From an uncultured virus (IMG/VR IMGVR_UViG_3300042308_001600) (lineage: Duplodnaviria > Heunggongvirae > Uroviricota > Caudoviricetes): a stretch of DNA of 64,000 nucleotides. The translations under genes were made by a program, and so were the position numbers. The notes below the pieces were generated by a model, which was given only the letters and a program-made list of their open reading frames with translations, had not been told where the DNA came from and did not search any database. This document shows positions 27,033 through 36,706 of this stretch, piece after piece (the first letter of the stretch is position 1; the number at the start of each line of letters is the position of its first letter). The stretch covers positions 1 through 64,000 of IMG/VR virus record IMGVR_UViG_3300042308_001600; one strand, given 5' to 3'.

Positions 27033-27812
27033 ATGAGCAAGCTTATAGATTTCACAAACATAGAGATTGGGCATTCCACTGTACTGAAACACATCGGCAA
27101 TCACGTATGGAATTGCCGATGTGTCTGCGGTAAAACATTCACACGTACAAACGTGCAGCTAATTCAGACTAGGCAGCTAGGCCTGCATGGCAGTTGTGGC
27201 TGTAGAAAAAGGTCCACAGGTGCGGATATGCTCGGCAAAGTATTCGGACGACTGACCGTTATCGCAGCAGCTGATAGCCAACCGGAAGGAAAGAACAAAC
27301 CCAAAGCGCGTCGTTGGGTTTGCTCCTGCAGTTGCGGAAAGACCGTTACGAAATTCGGAACCAAGCTACGTTCGACACTTCAGCCTGTACGCAGCTGCGG
27401 TTGTCTAATGATTGAGAGTACGAAACGAACGCAAGAAAAAACAGCAAAGCGAAGACGCAAAAATCGAGACGTACCGGTATTGGCCGGTAACATCCTGTTG
27501 CATCGCTATAAAGGCAACGCTGTACGTCGGGGATTACCATTCGATTTAGACAAGACGACATTCATGAAACTAGTACAAGCACCATGCGCGTACTGCGGCT
27601 GGTTGCCTGGTTGTGCCTCCGGCAAAATCATAGATGACCCCTCACTAGCCCATGGTTACTATAATGGCGTAGACCGACGCGACAATGCGAATGGCTACAA
27701 CGTAGAAAATGCGGTGACCTGCTGTCGCACGTGCAACGTGGCTAAAGCCAGCCTGTCTGTAGCAGACTTCCTGGATTGGTTACGCCGAGCCTATGCTCAT
27801 TCCTGCGCTTGA
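27033..27812 (+). CDS. free-standing HNH homing endonuclease
   Basis: two W.C.C.CG...SCGC Zn modules; CAYCG...NGVDRRDN..GY..EN.V.CC..CN..K; only credible plus-strand gene; visibly more A-rich. Confidence 0.88.
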   Translation: MSKLIDFTNIEIGHSTVLKHIGNHVWNCRCVCGKTFTRTNVQLIQTRQLGLHGSCGCRKRSTGADMLGKVFGRLTVIAAADSQPEGKNKPKARRWVCSCSCGKTVTKFGTKLRSTLQPVRSCGCLMIESTKRTQEKTAKRRRKNRDVPVLAGNILLHRYKGNAVRRGLPFDLDKTTFMKLVQAPCAYCGWLPGCASGKIIDDPSLAHGYYNGVDRRDNANGYNVENAVTCCRTCNVAKASLSVADFLDWLRRAYAHSCA

Positions 27813-28255
27813 GAGTCCTTCTTGGAACATGTTTTGTACTCTTTCCAGACTTTGACGGCACTCTCGATTGATTCCGTGTGGACACCCCAGCGCACCGGAT
27901 CTGCATACGGGTCCTCCTGGACCCACCCATCCTCAACACCGGCACGTTTCAGCAGAGCCAGGGCGTGGTCACGTGCCAAGTAGTCAATGTACATCCAGTA
28001 CGAGACCGTGATTGGCTTGAAGCAACTCCACGGAATACTGGTCCACTCAATACCTGCTGATTCCCCGTCAATCTTCAGGTGTGCTCGGTCGTGGCGACGG
28101 TCCGTGTAGTACGGTTCAGTCACAACCTCGCAACCCTCTACGGTTCCTTTGCAGATCCGCTCAGCCTGGGTGTCCTTCAGCTCTTTGACGAATGTCTTGT
28201 GCTTACGCATGAACTCAGGAGCACCACCGGGAAACAGTGAGTGGAGGATGCTCAT
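27797..28255 (-). CDS. hypothetical protein
   Basis: ATGA overlap. Confidence 0.6.
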   Translation of the reverse strand: MSILHSLFPGGAPEFMRKHKTFVKELKDTQAERICKGTVEGCEVVTEPYYTDRRHDRAHLKIDGESAGIEWTSIPWSCFKPITVSYWMYIDYLARDHALALLKRAGVEDGWVQEDPYADPVRWGVHTESIESAVKVWKEYKTCSKKDSQAQE

Positions 28256-28509
28256 GCAGTCCTGAGGGTGACCCAGTTCCGTGGGTTAGGCAGGTCAGGG
28301 AAGCACAGTGACGGCCACGTTCTTCTGACCGGCGGCGGTCCATGGTCCCGGCGCTGCAGGTAGCAGTCCACGCATTCCCCATCATGACAGAAGAGAAACA
28401 GAGCATGGGCTTTGGTCATCGGTTGACCATCGGGTCCAGTGCGCCGGCTGAGTGGCGGCACGAGTTCCTGCGGGTTCAGGCAGGACTTGCAGGTATAGAG
28501 GGCACTCAT
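28252..28509 (-). CDS. small Zn-finger-like protein
   Basis: CKSC...CVDC. Confidence 0.55.
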   Translation of the reverse strand: MSALYTCKSCLNPQELVPPLSRRTGPDGQPMTKAHALFLFCHDGECVDCYLQRRDHGPPPVRRTWPSLCFPDLPNPRNWVTLRTA

Positions 28510-28682
28510 GTTTCAAAGAAATAAAAACCTTCATCCTCAGGCAGGATTGCCTGATTGCTCCCAACCGCAAACGGGACGGTATCCCCGTAGGGCCCATCGG
28601 CAAAGTTGTGGTCATCCGAGATCTCAACCAGCTTGTCCGCGATCTTGTCTTCACCCTGATAGGTGCGCAGTACGGCCGTCAT
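28506..28682 (-). CDS. small acidic hypothetical protein
   Basis: ATGA overlaps at both ends. Confidence 0.55.
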   Translation of the reverse strand: MTAVLRTYQGEDKIADKLVEISDDHNFADGPYGDTVPFAVGSNQAILPEDEGFYFFET

Positions 28683-29353
28683 GTCAGTACAGGTCCGCGT
28701 TTCTTGCATGCTTCCAAGGTCTCCTTGGCCTCCTGTTCCGCGTAGTCTCGACCGTAGCAGCCCCCGCAGGACTCCACGGTTTCCCAGTCAGCATCGTCGA
28801 TGTCGCTTGGTGGTTGCCCGTCCTCGGTCTCGCAGGATTCCACGCACCACCAGTACACCTCCCCGGAGATGAACTGGTCGTAGGTCTCGACCTCCTGTTT
28901 GAGACACAGCTCAGCACGCTCCTCGAGTGTCATGGTCTTGCCATCGTATTCGACCATGGCCTTGAAACCTCGCTTGTCCCCGACTGTCCCGAACTCCTTC
29001 TGGGCCGTCTCCAAGGAGCAGTAGATGAACCCCACCTGGCCTGAATCCCAAGGACACGAGAAGCCTGTGGTGTTCATGGTAATGCCCGAGTGGTCATAGA
29101 GATAAAGGGGCAACCGGGCGTAGTGGCTGCTGAGGATCCCAGGGCTGCGAAGCCTGCGCAGATTTGCTGGGAACTTCGGGTCCACACATTTGTCAAACAA
29201 CCCCTCCACGTATTCCTCTGGAGTGCAGGAGGGCTGCTCGTCCCCCAGCTGGTAGCGGTGGTGCCAGCAGACCATGGTCCCCACATTGTCGAAAGCCTTG
29301 CGAGGACTCTCGGCGTCTCCATCGACTTCAATTCGGTACCGGTAGTGTATCAT
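28679..29353 (-). CDS. conserved phage-type hypothetical protein
   Basis: [13 protein letters not shown]...[10 protein letters not shown]...E...YDQ...GEVY...SCGG.YG motif set. Confidence 0.75.
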   Translation of the reverse strand: MIHYRYRIEVDGDAESPRKAFDNVGTMVCWHHRYQLGDEQPSCTPEEYVEGLFDKCVDPKFPANLRRLRSPGILSSHYARLPLYLYDHSGITMNTTGFSCPWDSGQVGFIYCSLETAQKEFGTVGDKRGFKAMVEYDGKTMTLEERAELCLKQEVETYDQFISGEVYWWCVESCETEDGQPPSDIDDADWETVESCGGCYGRDYAEQEAKETLEACKKRGPVLT

Positions 29354-29847
29354 GCGTAGTCCTCCGGCGCGTTCACCCGTAACCACCTTGCGAAGTCCTG
29401 TGGGGTGCTTGTAATACTGAACTGGTAGGTGGGGATCTCGACACCGAATTCTTCCTCGAAGGCCATCTCCAGTTCAACGACGTCCAGCGAGTCAGCCCCC
29501 AGATCCTTGACTGGTGTGTCCCCCAGTACAACGTCGAGTGCCAGCTGCTCTGCAATGATCGCGTAGACTCTTTCCCGCAGGTTCGGTATCCGCGCGGACG
29601 CCATGCGATCAGCAAGGGCACCATTCAGAGCGTCACCGATTCGCCACGTTATTGCCCGCTCAAGACTGTGCGGAGAAAATGGGACATCCACGAAAGGGCC
29701 ATGTGCCACACGCGTGCAAGTCAGTCTCTTGCCTTCGATCTCGATATTGGTGATCAGGCTGGCGACCTGCTCAAACGTCAGCCCTGCGGCGTAGAACGGC
29801 CGCAGATGTAACCGTAATGTGTAGAGTGTCGTGGTCTCGAGCGTCAT
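29350..29847 (-). CDS. acyl carrier protein domain fused to an N-terminal unknown domain
   Basis: ERV..IIAEQL...[25 protein letters not shown]. Confidence 0.82.
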   Translation of the reverse strand: MTLETTTLYTLRLHLRPFYAAGLTFEQVASLITNIEIEGKRLTCTRVAHGPFVDVPFSPHSLERAITWRIGDALNGALADRMASARIPNLRERVYAIIAEQLALDVVLGDTPVKDLGADSLDVVELEMAFEEEFGVEIPTYQFSITSTPQDFARWLRVNAPEDYA

Positions 29848-30140
29848 GATCTGGCAGTATCCTCCTGGTCAATTTCCTGCTCAAATTCCAGGCAGATGTC
29901 CATGTCGTCTTCACTGATGATCTGCCCCACAACCGCCGTAACGGCCTCCAGCGGAGTTGCATGTACACCGGAGCGTTCATACATCAGTTCCCAGTTGGTC
30001 ACCACTGCCTGGTACCCAACCTGCCGGCGGTTCCACCACCAGCCCTTGTAGACAACCTGTACAACCTGCAGTTCGAGCAGCCCGTGCCAGTTACCACGGC
30101 GTAGTAACTTGTTTGCAATTTTTTCCTCAATGCTTGTCAT
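29844..30140 (-). CDS. hypothetical protein
   Basis: part of the array. Confidence 0.55.
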   Translation of the reverse strand: MTSIEEKIANKLLRRGNWHGLLELQVVQVVYKGWWWNRRQVGYQAVVTNWELMYERSGVHATPLEAVTAVVGQIISEDDMDICLEFEQEIDQEDTARS

Positions 30141-30144
30141 GGTT

Positions 30145-30393
30145 CTAATCTTCAAGATCAACCAACTGGCGCTTGAGCACAGCCTGTGTCAGCCCCTTAG
30201 GCCAGTTCAGGATTTGGCCTGTCTTGACATCAATGTCGAACATCAAGTAATCCCCGTAGTGTTCCCCCGGGAAGAAGTCTGGCACGTAACCACTGTATTC
30301 CGTGATTACCTTCCCGTCCTGTGTCTTCGCCTGGATGCTACACATGTCTGAGGTCTTGCCGCAGATGGAGAGGATTTTGATGGGTTGGTGCAT
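30145..30393 (-). CDS. conserved phage-type hypothetical protein
   Basis: K.SD...GYVPDFFPGEHYGDY..DID..TGQILNW. Confidence 0.72.
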   Translation of the reverse strand: MHQPIKILSICGKTSDMCSIQAKTQDGKVITEYSGYVPDFFPGEHYGDYLMFDIDVKTGQILNWPKGLTQAVLKRQLVDLED

Positions 30394-30752
30394 TACTGAT
30401 ACTGCCCATTGTGGTTCTTTTCATACCATGCGGCGGCTTGGTCGTAGAACCCCAGTGCCTTCATGCGTCCCACTACCCATTTCGGCGGTGCCTTGCTGGC
30501 CCGCAACACCTCCAAGAGTTCCTGGTCGAGAGCGTCCCGTTGCAGCTGGTCCTCTACTTCTTCTGCGCTTTTCGGGCACGCGCGTGTGACCCGCATTGCG
30601 CTAAAGTTCGGTACCCATTCTTGTACGTAACCACACTTGAATATCTGCGCTTCAAACCACTGACCATTACAATGCTGGTTCTCCTGAGTCTCGCCAGTCA
30701 CCCGCGCCCCACAAGAGGGACACGCTGTATCTTTAAGATGCTGTAGCTTCAT
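30393..30752 (-). CDS. Zn-ribbon hypothetical protein
   Basis: CPSCG...HCNG.W.E...F.CG...CP. Confidence 0.62.
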   Translation of the reverse strand: MKLQHLKDTACPSCGARVTGETQENQHCNGQWFEAQIFKCGYVQEWVPNFSAMRVTRACPKSAEEVEDQLQRDALDQELLEVLRASKAPPKWVVGRMKALGFYDQAAAWYEKNHNGQYQ

Positions 30753-31032
30753 GTGAAGGTTTGCGGTAGTCCACGTACGCGACCGGATACTGGAACCGGC
30801 TCGGAACATCCCCAAGCCGTGCACCCTCCTTCAGGCAATCCGCGAGCGTGTAGGAGTTGCTGGGACCTACCACCAAGGCTGCGCGTTTGCCGAACTGACT
30901 GGAATCCATCTGTTGATTCTCAAAGCAGACAACCGCCTCACAATCAGGGTACCTGGAGGCGGAAGCCAGAATGGCGTTGTGGATCCCCGGGTCGAACAGA
31001 TCCAGGAACTCCGTTTCTTTTAGCTGTCTCAT
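30733..31032 (-). CDS. hypothetical protein
   Basis: ATGA overlap. Confidence 0.6.
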   Translation of the reverse strand: MRQLKETEFLDLFDPGIHNAILASASRYPDCEAVVCFENQQMDSSQFGKRAALVVGPSNSYTLADCLKEGARLGDVPSRFQYPVAYVDYRKPSHEATAS

Positions 31033-31448
31033 CGCTCTCCGGGAAGGTAGATGGTCATGCCGAATTCGTTGGGCTCGCACCACAGCTCAATTGTGGGCAA
31101 GGGGAAACTTGTGTACTCGATGACGTCATGGAAGACCTCATTGTGGTTACCGTCTTCACAGGAGATGCGCGCCGTGTGCATATCCAGGTCGACGACCAGC
31201 TTCCACACCTGGAACTCCTCAGCTTTGATCTTCGGGAATTCACTCGAACGACAGCGCAGGCCGATGTACTCCAGCAACCAGAAAGCTCCTGCCTCCTTGG
31301 CCAAGTACAGACCACCCTCGGTGGTGTAGATGTTCCGACAGATCAACGGATCGAATTCATGGAACTGATCACTGCCGTGGAAATTCTCCAGGGCCGCCTG
31401 CAAAGCTTCACGGCGTTGCTCGGGTGTAAGGGTTGGGGTCCCGCTCAT
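31029..31448 (-). CDS. DUF6876-like protein
   Basis: TEG..YLA..AGAFWL...FQVWKL...EDGN...IEYT.FP...I.LW...LP.E. Confidence 0.72.
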   Translation of the reverse strand: MSGTPTLTPEQRREALQAALENFHGSDQFHEFDPLICRNIYTTEGGLYLAKEAGAFWLLEYIGLRCRSSEFPKIKAEEFQVWKLVVDLDMHTARISCEDGNHNEVFHDVIEYTSFPLPTIELWCEPNEFGMTIYLPGER

Positions 31449-31705
31449 GCTTGTTTTGGTTCCTTGTTGATGCTCACAAGCACCCACTCGTCCACGACTT
31501 CAAACCGTACCTTGTGGTTCGGGAACGCAGCCTCGAGGATCTTGGATAACTTCAGTCCGGCCTGGATGTCTTCCTCTCCTGCTTCCTCATCTCCTACGCT
31601 CCCATTGTCCCGGGTATCGTAGAGGAAGTAATCTCCTTCATCCTGTAGGGTAAAATAAGTACGACCTACGGCTCCTCGGACTTGTGATTCAGTAATGGCA
31701 CTCAT
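31445..31705 (-). CDS. hypothetical protein
   Basis: ATGA overlaps. Confidence 0.6.
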   Translation of the reverse strand: MSAITESQVRGAVGRTYFTLQDEGDYFLYDTRDNGSVGDEEAGEEDIQAGLKLSKILEAAFPNHKVRFEVVDEWVLVSINKEPKQA

Positions 31706-32136
31706 GCGGGTACAGGTATTCCCAGCTTCTCCAATGCAGCAACGAGGTTCATGACCGGCTCAGATATGGTCGTCATGATGTTGCATACACCCTGACAGTA
31801 CAGGAGCTCTTCGAGGCTGGCTGGCGTGCGGGACTTTGCACCATTACTGAGCTCCACCGGGATGTTGGCCTGGATGATCTTGCCCTCCAGCAACTGCACC
31901 ATCATGTCGCGACTCTCATCAATGTACAGGACGCCGTCGTCGGTCTGCTCAGGTGTGTCACCTGATTGGTCCGAAATGACAATGCGATTACTATCCGGAG
32001 CACGCCAAAAGGTGTGCCCATTTCTGAACTGCTTCAGTTTGATATGCGGTGACTTCATGCCTTGTAGTAGTGCCAGGTTCCTCTGACCTGTCTCCGAAAC
32101 AGCAGGGGGTTTGAACACCCGCCGAGTCCATGCCAT
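31702..32136 (-). CDS. hypothetical protein
   Basis: I.D.SG.TP..TDDG.L motif. Confidence 0.6.
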   Translation of the reverse strand: MAWTRRVFKPPAVSETGQRNLALLQGMKSPHIKLKQFRNGHTFWRAPDSNRIVISDQSGDTPEQTDDGVLYIDESRDMMVQLLEGKIIQANIPVELSNGAKSRTPASLEELLYCQGVCNIMTTISEPVMNLVAALEKLGIPVPA

Positions 32137-32173
32137 TCAACGCCGGATATCCTGTGGGGATGGGACGGCAGTT

Positions 32174-33163
32174 TCATTGTACCGCGGCGGTCACACGAAT
32201 CTCGACAGGGTGGGCGTCATCCCAGGAGGTGTTGATTGCGGATTGAAGCGACATCAAAGCGGCCTCGATGCTGTCATGGTTGGCGCTGATCGTGATGTAG
32301 TCTTCCCAGCCTTCCACTCGGATGGTGTTGCCGGTATCCCAATGGGTGCCGCCTTTGTTGCTGATCCAGAGGCGAGAACCCGATTGGCGACCTTCTGCGG
32401 CATTGGCGATCTCTAAGATTTCGTCGGCGGTCATCTCACAGCCCCACCACCCGTCTTTGGCGATCTCTTCAGCGAGGTCGTTTTTGTCGGGTGTTTCGTC
32501 GTGATCTTCTGCCCACTCTTTCGCGGCGGCAATGGCTTCGTCGATGTCGGCGTAGAGTGTATTATCGCAATCATCGCTGCCACCAGCGTCGTCTGTGGTG
32601 CGGATAAAGTAGCGCCCATTCCATTCGCCCACTTGGACCTCGACAGTGACGAGGTCTTCACCGTCCCCAGTCGAGCAGAGCACTCCATAGGTGGCCTCGG
32701 TGGACCAGTTGCCAGCCTCAGACTTGTCAGGATTTTCAATCGCTTCGGTGATTTCGTCGATGTCGTCTTGATCGATGCCATAGCTAGCAGCATCCCCCTT
32801 GATCGCCTGCCACTCGGCAGGGTTGTCCAGAGCCTCTTCCACCGTCGGCAGCTCGATTTCCACCACACTCTCATCCGCCCACACCAAGTCGCCATCTTCG
32901 TCCAGCGTAGCCTCGCGACCATCGCTGCTATCGATGTAGCTTCCCGCCCCATAGCCATCATCCAGAGCACGGCGAGCAAAGTCGCTCACATCGTGCTGCT
33001 TGCTCCAGCCAGACCCAGGGCCGCTGGTGGAAAATGACGATCCAATCACGCCAGAGGCGATGTTGTCATGCTCAGCCGCGATGGCCTCGATAGCGGCGGC
33101 GATGGTGGTGACGTTGAGCTTAGCTAGAGTCTTGATGCTGATTTTCATGTTTGTGATTTTCAT
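32174..33163 (-). CDS. highly acidic protein
   Basis: 329 aa, dense Asp/Glu throughout the central part. Confidence 0.75.
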   Translation of the reverse strand: MKITNMKISIKTLAKLNVTTIAAAIEAIAAEHDNIASGVIGSSFSTSGPGSGWSKQHDVSDFARRALDDGYGAGSYIDSSDGREATLDEDGDLVWADESVVEIELPTVEEALDNPAEWQAIKGDAASYGIDQDDIDEITEAIENPDKSEAGNWSTEATYGVLCSTGDGEDLVTVEVQVGEWNGRYFIRTTDDAGGSDDCDNTLYADIDEAIAAAKEWAEDHDETPDKNDLAEEIAKDGWWGCEMTADEILEIANAAEGRQSGSRLWISNKGGTHWDTGNTIRVEGWEDYITISANHDSIEAALMSLQSAINTSWDDAHPVEIRVTAAVQ

Positions 33164-33193
33164 GTTTGTGAGTCCCAGATTAACGAGGCGGCA

Positions 33194-33517
33194 TCAAGCC
33201 CGCCCATTTTGTGCCTGATCCTTATCGTTCTCAGGCTCCTGAATGCGCTTCGCGATCTCATCCGGGATCTCAATCCGCAGCCTGATGACTGGCAGAACAT
33301 TCCCAGGGTGTGCTGAAGTGGTGTCGGACGACACCAAGGCTGCCTTCACGGTGATGGCTTGGAAGAACTCCGCGATCTCCTTCGCGAGAGCCGCGTGGTG
33401 TTTAGCCTTCATCTGATCTACGTACTTTTGTATGACTTTCTCAAGCACGAACGGCCCCACGGTATTCAGCTGCTGATCGACGTACCTCAGGGTATCTACG
33501 TCAATTTCGAAGATCAT
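33194..33517 (-). CDS. hypothetical protein
   Basis: start refined by ATGA overlap. Confidence 0.6.
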   Translation of the reverse strand: MIFEIDVDTLRYVDQQLNTVGPFVLEKVIQKYVDQMKAKHHAALAKEIAEFFQAITVKAALVSSDTTSAHPGNVLPVIRLRIEIPDEIAKRIQEPENDKDQAQNGRA

Positions 33518-34269
33518 GGTCCTTGTTCTCCTCGTTTGCAGCGAATCTGTCTCGCCAGCTCCAGTAACTGCTCGCTCAATTCCAGCATCTCGGACTCGGT
33601 CAGGTATCCGCAGGCAAAACGTCCATCCGATTGCCGGATCTGAATCAACCCCTGCCAAGAGCCATCATCTTCATCAACGGGGCTGGCACTCAACATCACT
33701 TCACCGCACTTCACACAGAAGTCTCCGGGACAGTCTGGATCGACAATCTCCCAACACCATTGCTGAGCGCCGATCGGGTACACCAGCAGGGTCCCCTCAT
33801 TCACCTGGATGAATTGTCCCACTTCGCGACACTCTGCTGATTCCGTCATCCCATCATCCAGGCTGTGATGGTAGAAGGCGTCCTCCGTGAGATTAAAGCC
33901 CCACGTGAATTTCATGGTACCACAGTCATGATCTGCAGCGCCCATCTTCTCCAGCACGGAACGTGCAGTCTTATAGTCAAAAACGGGGCAGGCCCACCCA
34001 TTCCAAACCTGCCCGCAGGTGTAGCCGCGGAATCTGCCGACACCAGCCAGCTCAAACATCGCCGGCTGCCATGTCGGTTTCATTTCCTCAGCCGTCACAA
34101 CGCGGAAGCGTTCCAGGAAGTCTGGACCGGCGCGATAGACTGGACCACCACCCATGGGGTAGAAGGTCTGGGTCTTGGCATTGAAGACGACTGCGCCTTC
34201 CGGATACTTTCCGCCAACCTTCGCGATGTAGGTGGCTATCCCGTCTGATTCGCTGTTCTTGCTGCTCAT
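33514..34269 (-). CDS. hypothetical multi-module protein
   Basis: WNGWACP.F and YPIG...WCW motifs; ATGA overlap. Confidence 0.65.
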   Translation of the reverse strand: MSSKNSESDGIATYIAKVGGKYPEGAVVFNAKTQTFYPMGGGPVYRAGPDFLERFRVVTAEEMKPTWQPAMFELAGVGRFRGYTCGQVWNGWACPVFDYKTARSVLEKMGAADHDCGTMKFTWGFNLTEDAFYHHSLDDGMTESAECREVGQFIQVNEGTLLVYPIGAQQWCWEIVDPDCPGDFCVKCGEVMLSASPVDEDDGSWQGLIQIRQSDGRFACGYLTESEMLELSEQLLELARQIRCKRGEQGP

Positions 34270-34484
34270 GGTCCAGGATTCAGTCCCGCTCGCGCTACGT
34301 TGTGGAGGCGTCTGTTCGCCACATCAAAGCTCGCACAGTTGTCCTCGTTGAAGTCACATTCCGATATCTGCACCAACGCTGCCTCCATCGCTACAGCCCG
34401 ACGAATGAGTTGTTCGATATGCCCTTCCACTACGCGGTGCTCCCCACGAAGTTTGACTGCGATTTCATTGATGCTTTCTGGCAT
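34266..34484 (-). CDS. small hypothetical protein
   Basis: part of the array. Confidence 0.55.
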   Translation of the reverse strand: MPESINEIAVKLRGEHRVVEGHIEQLIRRAVAMEAALVQISECDFNEDNCASFDVANRRLHNVARAGLNPGP

Positions 34485-34698
34485 AGTATTTCTTCAGTGC
34501 TTCGCGGGCACGCTCAGGTGTCATGCGGTTCTCCTCGACTTCCCGTTGTAGACCCTCCCGGAACACGAACTCGTCGTAGGTCATCTCCTGTTTGTGATGT
34601 CTCTCCCACCGGGCACGCCGGACCTCTTCCCGGAGTCTGGCTCTCTCCAGAGCAGCATGCCAACCAGGGCCTAGCTTAGGTAAGTCAGTGAGCTTCAT
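34465..34698 (-). CDS. small charged helical protein
   Basis: start refined to MKLTD. Confidence 0.55.
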   Translation of the reverse strand: MKLTDLPKLGPGWHAALERARLREEVRRARWERHHKQEMTYDEFVFREGLQREVEENRMTPERAREALKKYYARKHQ

Positions 34699-34993
34699 GC
34701 TCCAGGTGCAGATGTTCACCACACAAGTACACACCACGCTGCCGACCAGCCGCGACATCCGGTTTACCACAGACCCGACAGGGCCCGCGGCGGTACCGCT
34801 TCGGGCTCGAGGAACCACCCCCAAAGGGATCGCAGGGCCCGAAGCCTGGGTAGTACATGTGTGCCCCCATCATTGCCGCGATTCCCAGCATACTTGACAT
34901 CCCTGAGAGTCTGGGGCGTCTCGCGGGTTCTGGTGGTAACACCACCCCCGAATCAGTCTCCAGGGGTGCTTGTTCGGGTTCTACATACGCCAT
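34685..34993 (-). CDS. hypothetical Zn-finger protein
   Basis: CRVCG...LCGEH. Confidence 0.55.
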   Translation of the reverse strand: MAYVEPEQAPLETDSGVVLPPEPARRPRLSGMSSMLGIAAMMGAHMYYPGFGPCDPFGGGSSSPKRYRRGPCRVCGKPDVAAGRQRGVYLCGEHLHLEHEAH

Positions 34994-35790
34994 TTTTCTG
35001 TGTCCTCTTTGGGTTTCTCGCCGGCCAACATAGCCTCCTGGATCAACCGTATCGGTTTGTTGTGCTGGAAATCATGCCCGATCTCCCGCTCCAAGTCCAC
35101 GTACTCTTGCAACATGTCCGGTCGCAAGTACGCGGCAGTCAGGAGTGCATTGCGGGGTGCGAAGATGCAGTACGTACAGCTCAGCCGCTTCATACCCTGA
35201 TCGTACACTGTATGATAAGGGACGCCAGAAGTTTTTATATCCTGCCAGACCTGCTCCTCAGTCCAGTCATGGATGGGCAGGTAATCCCAGACCTGCCGGG
35301 TATTCGTCGAGTGGCGGGTGTTGAGAGAGAAGCGCTGCCGCTTGGCCCGCGCCGCAGACTCCTCGGCCCGGAACCCGAAGACACTCAGGATCTTGCACGG
35401 TCCTTGCACTTCACGTGCCAGCTTGGTCAGGACACGACCACCAGGGCCGCGCTTGAACTCGCTGGTGCAGAATCGCTGCTTGCTGGAGGGCCACTTGCCC
35501 CGCTTCCGAACGTAGTCCAGGAGCGTGGGGGCTGCACCGTCCTTGTCCCGGTAGGAAGCCACCTCGACCCGCAGTCCGTAGTGGGCTGCCTGGCGCCGCA
35601 CCAGATCCAGCGTCCCGGGCCACTCTTGGGCACCGAGACACTGGTGGTTCACGACGATCCTGGATCGGTCCACACTCTGCCGGTCCGCCGCCCGGACAAT
35701 GCCCTCCAGGGCCGTCTGGCTGTCCTTGCCCCCGCTGCTGTTTACCACGATCCAGTCATAGCAGGCCAGGTCAGGCATGTGGTCAATCAT
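34981..35790 (-). CDS. PAPS-reductase family protein
   Basis: SSGGKDS PP-loop, RFCT.EFK, GFRAEES..RA, PIHDW...VW, G..RLSC..CI. Confidence 0.88.
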   Translation of the reverse strand: MIDHMPDLACYDWIVVNSSGGKDSQTALEGIVRAADRQSVDRSRIVVNHQCLGAQEWPGTLDLVRRQAAHYGLRVEVASYRDKDGAAPTLLDYVRKRGKWPSSKQRFCTSEFKRGPGGRVLTKLAREVQGPCKILSVFGFRAEESAARAKRQRFSLNTRHSTNTRQVWDYLPIHDWTEEQVWQDIKTSGVPYHTVYDQGMKRLSCTYCIFAPRNALLTAAYLRPDMLQEYVDLEREIGHDFQHNKPIRLIQEAMLAGEKPKEDTEKWRM

Positions 35791-35980
35791 GACGTATCCG
35801 GTATCCCCTGGATTCCAGCAGGTTGATCATCCCCACTTCGCTTCTACGCACCTCAATAGGTGTGTGTTCATCTACTTCGCGGGGCGTGGGTTGGTGGACA
35901 ATCGGACGCGGGTCGATTGGTCGTTCCATGCGCCCCATGGGGATGCCCCTGTGCTGTGGACGTTTATTCTCCCGGCTCAT
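35783..35980 (-). CDS. small hypothetical protein
   Basis: AAGGAG upstream of ATG; overlaps the next gene. Confidence 0.55.
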   Translation of the reverse strand: MSRENKRPQHRGIPMGRMERPIDPRPIVHQPTPREVDEHTPIEVRRSEVGMINLLESRGYRIRHD

Positions 35981-36106
35981 CTGTCTCCTTGGTTACTTCC
36001 TGTAAGAGCTTGCACATGTAAAGACATGTAATCAGGCTCGGACATGTCGTACAGGGTTCATTGCTGTTTGGAACGTAAGTGCAGCCTGACTCAACTTTTA
36101 CCGTAC

Positions 36107-36706
36107 TCATGCCGCTTCAGGATGGAGGGTGTTACCATTCTCAGCATAGAGAGCAATGTGACCAGGCCCATTGTTTTCGGGGTCCCGCCAGATGATTGCA
36201 GATGTCCCGTCCGTGAACTCAAGCACAGGCAGTACAAACTCATCTGAAACGTCAAAATAGGTTCTGGCTACCGTCTTACCTTCAAACTGGGCAAGATGTT
36301 GGATCTCAAATGGTGTGGGGCGGCTCATGGTTATGATGCTCCTCGTGTACTTGATGGCGGCGGCCTGCAGTTGGTGTTGGTTCGCCGCCTTGTAGTCTTT
36401 GGCCGACGCAGCCTGCATGCCCGCCAGTACCTCAGAGGCGAAGCAGGCATCGATATGCTTCAACGTCACTGACGGTTCCGGGCGTGTAAGGGGTATTTCA
36501 TCCTCCGCATCAGGTTTCAAATCTGCATCGTCGATCCCTCGCATCTGCGCCTCCAACGCATTTATGCGGTTGATCATCCCAATGCGTTGACACTCCGTTT
36601 CTTTGTCACCGTTGTCCAGCATGTACTGATACGTCAAATCCCGTACTGCCTCGGTGTGGCTGTACATGATCTCATACAATTTGTCAGCTGTCATGATCTT
36701 GCTCAT
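36107..36706 (-). CDS. hypothetical protein
   Basis: C-terminal L.FTDG....RD.E.NGPG motif. Confidence 0.65.
   Translation of the reverse strand: MSKIMTADKLYEIMYSHTEAVRDLTYQYMLDNGDKETECQRIGMINRINALEAQMRGIDDADLKPDAEDEIPLTRPEPSVTLKHIDACFASEVLAGMQAASAKDYKAANQHQLQAAAIKYTRSIITMSRPTPFEIQHLAQFEGKTVARTYFDVSDEFVLPVLEFTDGTSAIIWRDPENNGPGHIALYAENGNTLHPEAA

Noticed and set aside
27033..27812. HNH gene as part of a group I intron
   Set aside because: Flanking ORFs have their own starts and stops, the HNH gene is antisense, and there is no room for an intron core.
21064..35790. Dnd/Ssp phosphorothioation operon or sulfate-assimilation pathway
   Set aside because: The two PAPS-reductase-like genes are ~13 kb apart with no cysteine desulfurase, DndD/E or cys genes recognisable in the window.
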